In this document: piece by piece, positions 61,035 to 64,000 of the stretch
Layout: each line of letters opens with the position of its first letter
Position numbering within the stretch: the first letter of the stretch is position 1
Assembly: GCA_963788195.1 (NCBI GenBank)
Contig: CAWBGA010000001.1
Span: forward strand, 380,949 to 444,948
Source of the DNA: Nitrospirota bacterium
GTDB lineage: Bacteria > Nitrospirota > Nitrospiria > Nitrospirales > NS-4
DNA length: 64,000 nt
Direction: 5' to 3'
The notes under the pieces: generated by a model
Databases searched by the model: none
What the model was told of the DNA's origin: nothing
The model's input: the letters and a program-made list of their open reading frames with translations, nothing else
Made by a program: the position numbers and the translations under genes

Positions 61035-61189
61035 ACGGTTTCCTTACGCCTAGCTTTCGGTGACCTTACTTGAAGCACTTGCTAACCACGTTCGGGTGGT
61101 GGTGCGCCGATGCGAGTGTGAGGCGCCTCACGGCGCGCTTTACGGACGGCAAGCTAACTGTATTGACTGAAATAGCAAATTCTAGCGAT

Positions 61190-61816
61190 TTAATGGCTAG
61201 CAATCATGGACTTAACGGTGGATGGATACCAACGCTTACCGCCATGTGCCGTAGGAACCCCTTGCTCAGTTAGCTGCCTAGCAATGGCGCTGAGCGACTC
61301 ACCGGAATGTGCATTTGGTCAATCCGGTTGCGCACTTCCTGAGGCAGAGATCTGGGACGACCAACGTGACGCCCTGTGACTTCTTGACCGCGAGGGCGTT
61401 CTTGGTACGCTCCCCGATCAGCCGGCGCTCGAACTGGGCAAACACGGCGAGGGTGCTAGCCAGCGCCTCCCCGGCGGGATCGTCGTGTCCACCCCAAATC
61501 GAGAGCCACTAGGGACCACTTTTTACGGCGGCTCTGCTCCATGAGCATTGCAAAATCCAGCAGAGACCGTGAGAGCCGGTCGAGCTTTGCGACTACAGAA
61601 CCCCGGCCTTCTCGCTTTCAACCGCTGTGAGAGCCTCTGCGAGCCCCTTGCGCCCCTTCATCGCCTTACCGGACACTCCCAAGTCTTCATGTATCTCCAC
61701 GAGCTTCCAGCCGCGCTCTTTGGCAGCCTGGCGAATCGCCCGGCGCTGGCTCTCCAAGCCGAGGCCGGATCGGCCTTGTCCTCGGTCGAAACTCTGGCGT
61801 ACCCAATCGCTCTCAT
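61190..61816 (-). CDS. Serine recombinase (resolvase family) with C-terminal HTH, multiple frameshifts
   Basis: MRAIGYARVST, EDLGVSG, AKLDRLSRS, FAQFERRLIGERTK, SLSAIARQL, GGKRWYPSTV read across frames. Confidence 0.85.
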
Positions 61817-61826
61817 TCTCGCTGAT

Positions 61827-61854
61827 CTTACACTAAACGAGGGATTAGTGTAAG
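61827..61854. promoter_or_regulatory. Inverted repeat upstream of the resolvase (res/operator-like)
   Basis: CTTACACTAA-N8-TTAGTGTAAG, perfect 10-bp arms. Confidence 0.6.
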
Positions 61855-62096
61855 GCTCTGCGATCGATGCGGCCTCTAGAAGCCGAACTAGCTTAGGCGG
61901 GGCCTCCACAGCGCCCCGTTCGGAGGCTCGCAAGAGGCGAGCGGCATCCTGTTGCACACCGCCCATCCTATTTGAGCGCTGGCTGTAGAGCCGTGGGCTG
62001 GCCTTTGGCTTCGGTTTCGACTCCGTTGCCGCCTTCATGTCCGCCTCAAGAGCGGGTTGCGACGGTCAGTTTGACACATACGCTCAAAACCAGCAT

Positions 62097-62692
62097 TCAT
62101 CGGAGTTTGCAGAGACACCGACAGTCGTCACCGAGAGACCTCAGCGCCATCAAGCCACCGCTGAGTGGCCGTGTCATAGAACTCTGCGAGTACTTCCAAA
62201 CAGCTCGGTCCAGCTGACGTAGGGGTGCTACCGAGTCTCTGGGAGTTGAAGTCTCTGCGCTAGTACCCGACACACTCCAGATAGAGTCCGTAGGTGGGCC
62301 TACAAACCCTAGCTCTCCTAAATGGTGAAGGCATTCTCGAGCACGCCAGTCGGTCACCGTAAAGGAATCGGGACGCCAAACGGGCCAAGAAAGCTGAGGC
62401 CATAGCCTCCTGAACACGTGAAGACCCACAGAAAGCTGAGACGCGCTCTTCGCTATGCCCAAGAGCAATCTTCGTCACCTCTTTGACCTGCTCCGCAGTG
62501 TTTCTGAGGAAAATGGAGCACGTCCGCTTCATTTCCAGCGCCCTACTTTCAACGGTTAATTCCACAGGTTAGAAGCCTTGACGCCGTACTCTGGCATAGC
62601 TCTTCAGCAAATACCGCTCACTTAAATCCATATCCTGAACATACTTTTGGGACCACTCCACGGACGAAGTCTTCGTCGATCCTTGGGTGCAT
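62097..62692 (-). CDS. Hypothetical protein, possibly HhH DNA-glycosylase-like fold (frameshifted)
   Basis: Fragments NTAEQVKEVTKIAL, MASAFL, PDSFTVTDWRA, LRQLDRAVWKY; GGAGAGG RBS. Confidence 0.4.
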
Positions 62693-62801
62693 AGCCTCTC
62701 CAGTCAGTGACTCGCTCGCGCGACATCCGAGGATTTCTCGATCCGCGTCTCGAGCATGGATCTTGCCGCTCCACAACAACACCATATTCTCGCAGGGTAG
62801 C

Positions 62802-64000
62802 TCAGGCTCCCGGCAGGGTCAGTGGCGGAAGGGACTTGACGATCTTAATCGTCTCACGCTGACCCTGACGAGACGTCGCAGGAGGTCAACGATGTAGCGA
62901 GGTCGCCAGCTTTTCGCGCTCCAATGGTTGGGATTGTTGACGATGCCGCTCGCCTTGTCGATCTTTATCTGGTAGCGATCCATGATCCACTCGATCGTGG
63001 ATCTGCCATTGACCTCATACTCGTACGCCTCTAGCGGGATGCCACATAGAGTCAACGTTCTGTTGTAGACAATCGACGACTTGTCGATGTTCGCTCCGAC
63101 CGGGTGAACCGCATTTTCAGTTACGCCGAAGTCTAAGCCGCCTTGCCCGCTCACATGCTCCTCCAGGGGCCAGATGGCTCGATGGTTTCATAGTTCAGGT
63201 GCCACGTTGCCAACGCGGCCCCGCACGGCTGAACCCCCAGAAGTCCCCTACCATCAGGATACGCGGAATCATCTTCTTCAGATCAGCGGCGAAGCGGTCC
63301 TTGTACTCAGTCGAGTGCAGAAGACCGTAGACGTAATAAAAGATGTCGAGCTTATCGATGTCGTCGCCATACCGCTTCCGGTATTCGGCGAGTGTCGTAT
63401 CCGTAATTGCGTCATGGCGTCTATACCCTTTCTGGTCGCTGGAGCTGAGCAAGTCGGCATTCTTCCCTGTCTCATCGTAGTAATACAGTGGGAAAACCTG
63501 ACCCGTGTCCTGCAAGTGCAGGTTCGGGACCGTATCGGTGATTAGCACTGAAAATGGCCTGGATGCGCCGACGCCGGTCGTTGCAATGACCAGGTTTTCG
63601 TGCTTGCGTGTCGGGAATAGCCTGGGGATTTGATAAACTCTCTCGTTGAGCCGCCGGTCGAAGTAGAGCCACTGCTTGCAGAAGGGGCGATACATGCTGG
63701 TCACGGCAACGCCAGCGTCGAAGCTCCCCGACTTGCCCCGGCGAAGGTCCTCCTTCAGGTTGTGCGTCCAACTGATCTTGGCCGGGTCGCGGTCGATGAA
63801 GTCGACGACTGCCTCCACGGTACGGGTATGTCCGTCCTTGCGAAGCCAGGCGTCAAAGTCGACGCGACTGCTGGTGAAGAAGTCGACCGTCCGTCGCATG
63901 TTCGCCAACATCGCGGGCTTGGAGAAGTTGTATGCCCAGGCGTCACGTGCGGTGATGATTCCAAGGGAATACAAGTCAACGACAGGATCCACCGTCCTGT
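62802..64000 (-). CDS. Type ISP restriction-modification enzyme, C-terminal specificity region (partial, frameshifted)
   Basis: RDAWAYNFS, YRPF.KQWLY, DIFYYVYGLLHS..Y..RFAADLKK.IPRI, YEVNGRS.IEW.MDRYQ...DKASGIVN.PN. Confidence 0.88.

Larger units (their letters stand above)
54705..64000. mobile_element. tRNA-Arg-targeted integrative island, extending beyond the window
   Basis: att fragment, visibly lower GC than the adjacent IS elements, orphan ORFs, resolvase and Type ISP R-M gene. Confidence 0.65.

Overview
The window contains two very different segments. Positions 1 to about 52,100 are housekeeping chromosome, most plausibly from a Nitrospirota/Nitrospira-like bacterium (inferred from gene content and order, not verified by search). 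This segment carries the 3' part of asnS, then a complete dcw cluster (rsmH-ftsL-ftsI-murE-murF-mraY-murD-ftsW-murG-murC-murB-ddl-ftsQ-ftsA-ftsZ) followed by pgeF-yggS-proC-yggT-divIVA-DUF167. After that come a displaced mraZ operon, comF, an ABC transporter operon with an embedded class 1A dihydroorotate dehydrogenase, a two-component signalling cluster and assorted metabolic genes (thiD, tag, sthA, tpx). From about 52,200 to the end the DNA looks actinobacterial: two IS481-family elements, a tRNA-Arg(TCT) 3' fragment (att site), and an integrative island with a resolvase and a Type ISP restriction-modification gene. The two segments meet at a degraded fold-back, which is probably a chimeric or assembly junction. 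Many essential genes carry single-base frameshifts, most likely long-read errors. The most striking unexplained feature is a family of about 20 dispersed ~50-nt elements: a C-rich leader, a co-varying stem closed by a near-invariant G-CCRRGA-C loop, and a TTTTCCC(C/G)TG tail. These elements insert into their own loop (nested copies), build modular arrays, and sit in frame inside three protein-coding genes. Also notable: MraZ boxes and a DnaA box are retained at the dcw promoter although mraZ has moved about 23 kb away.
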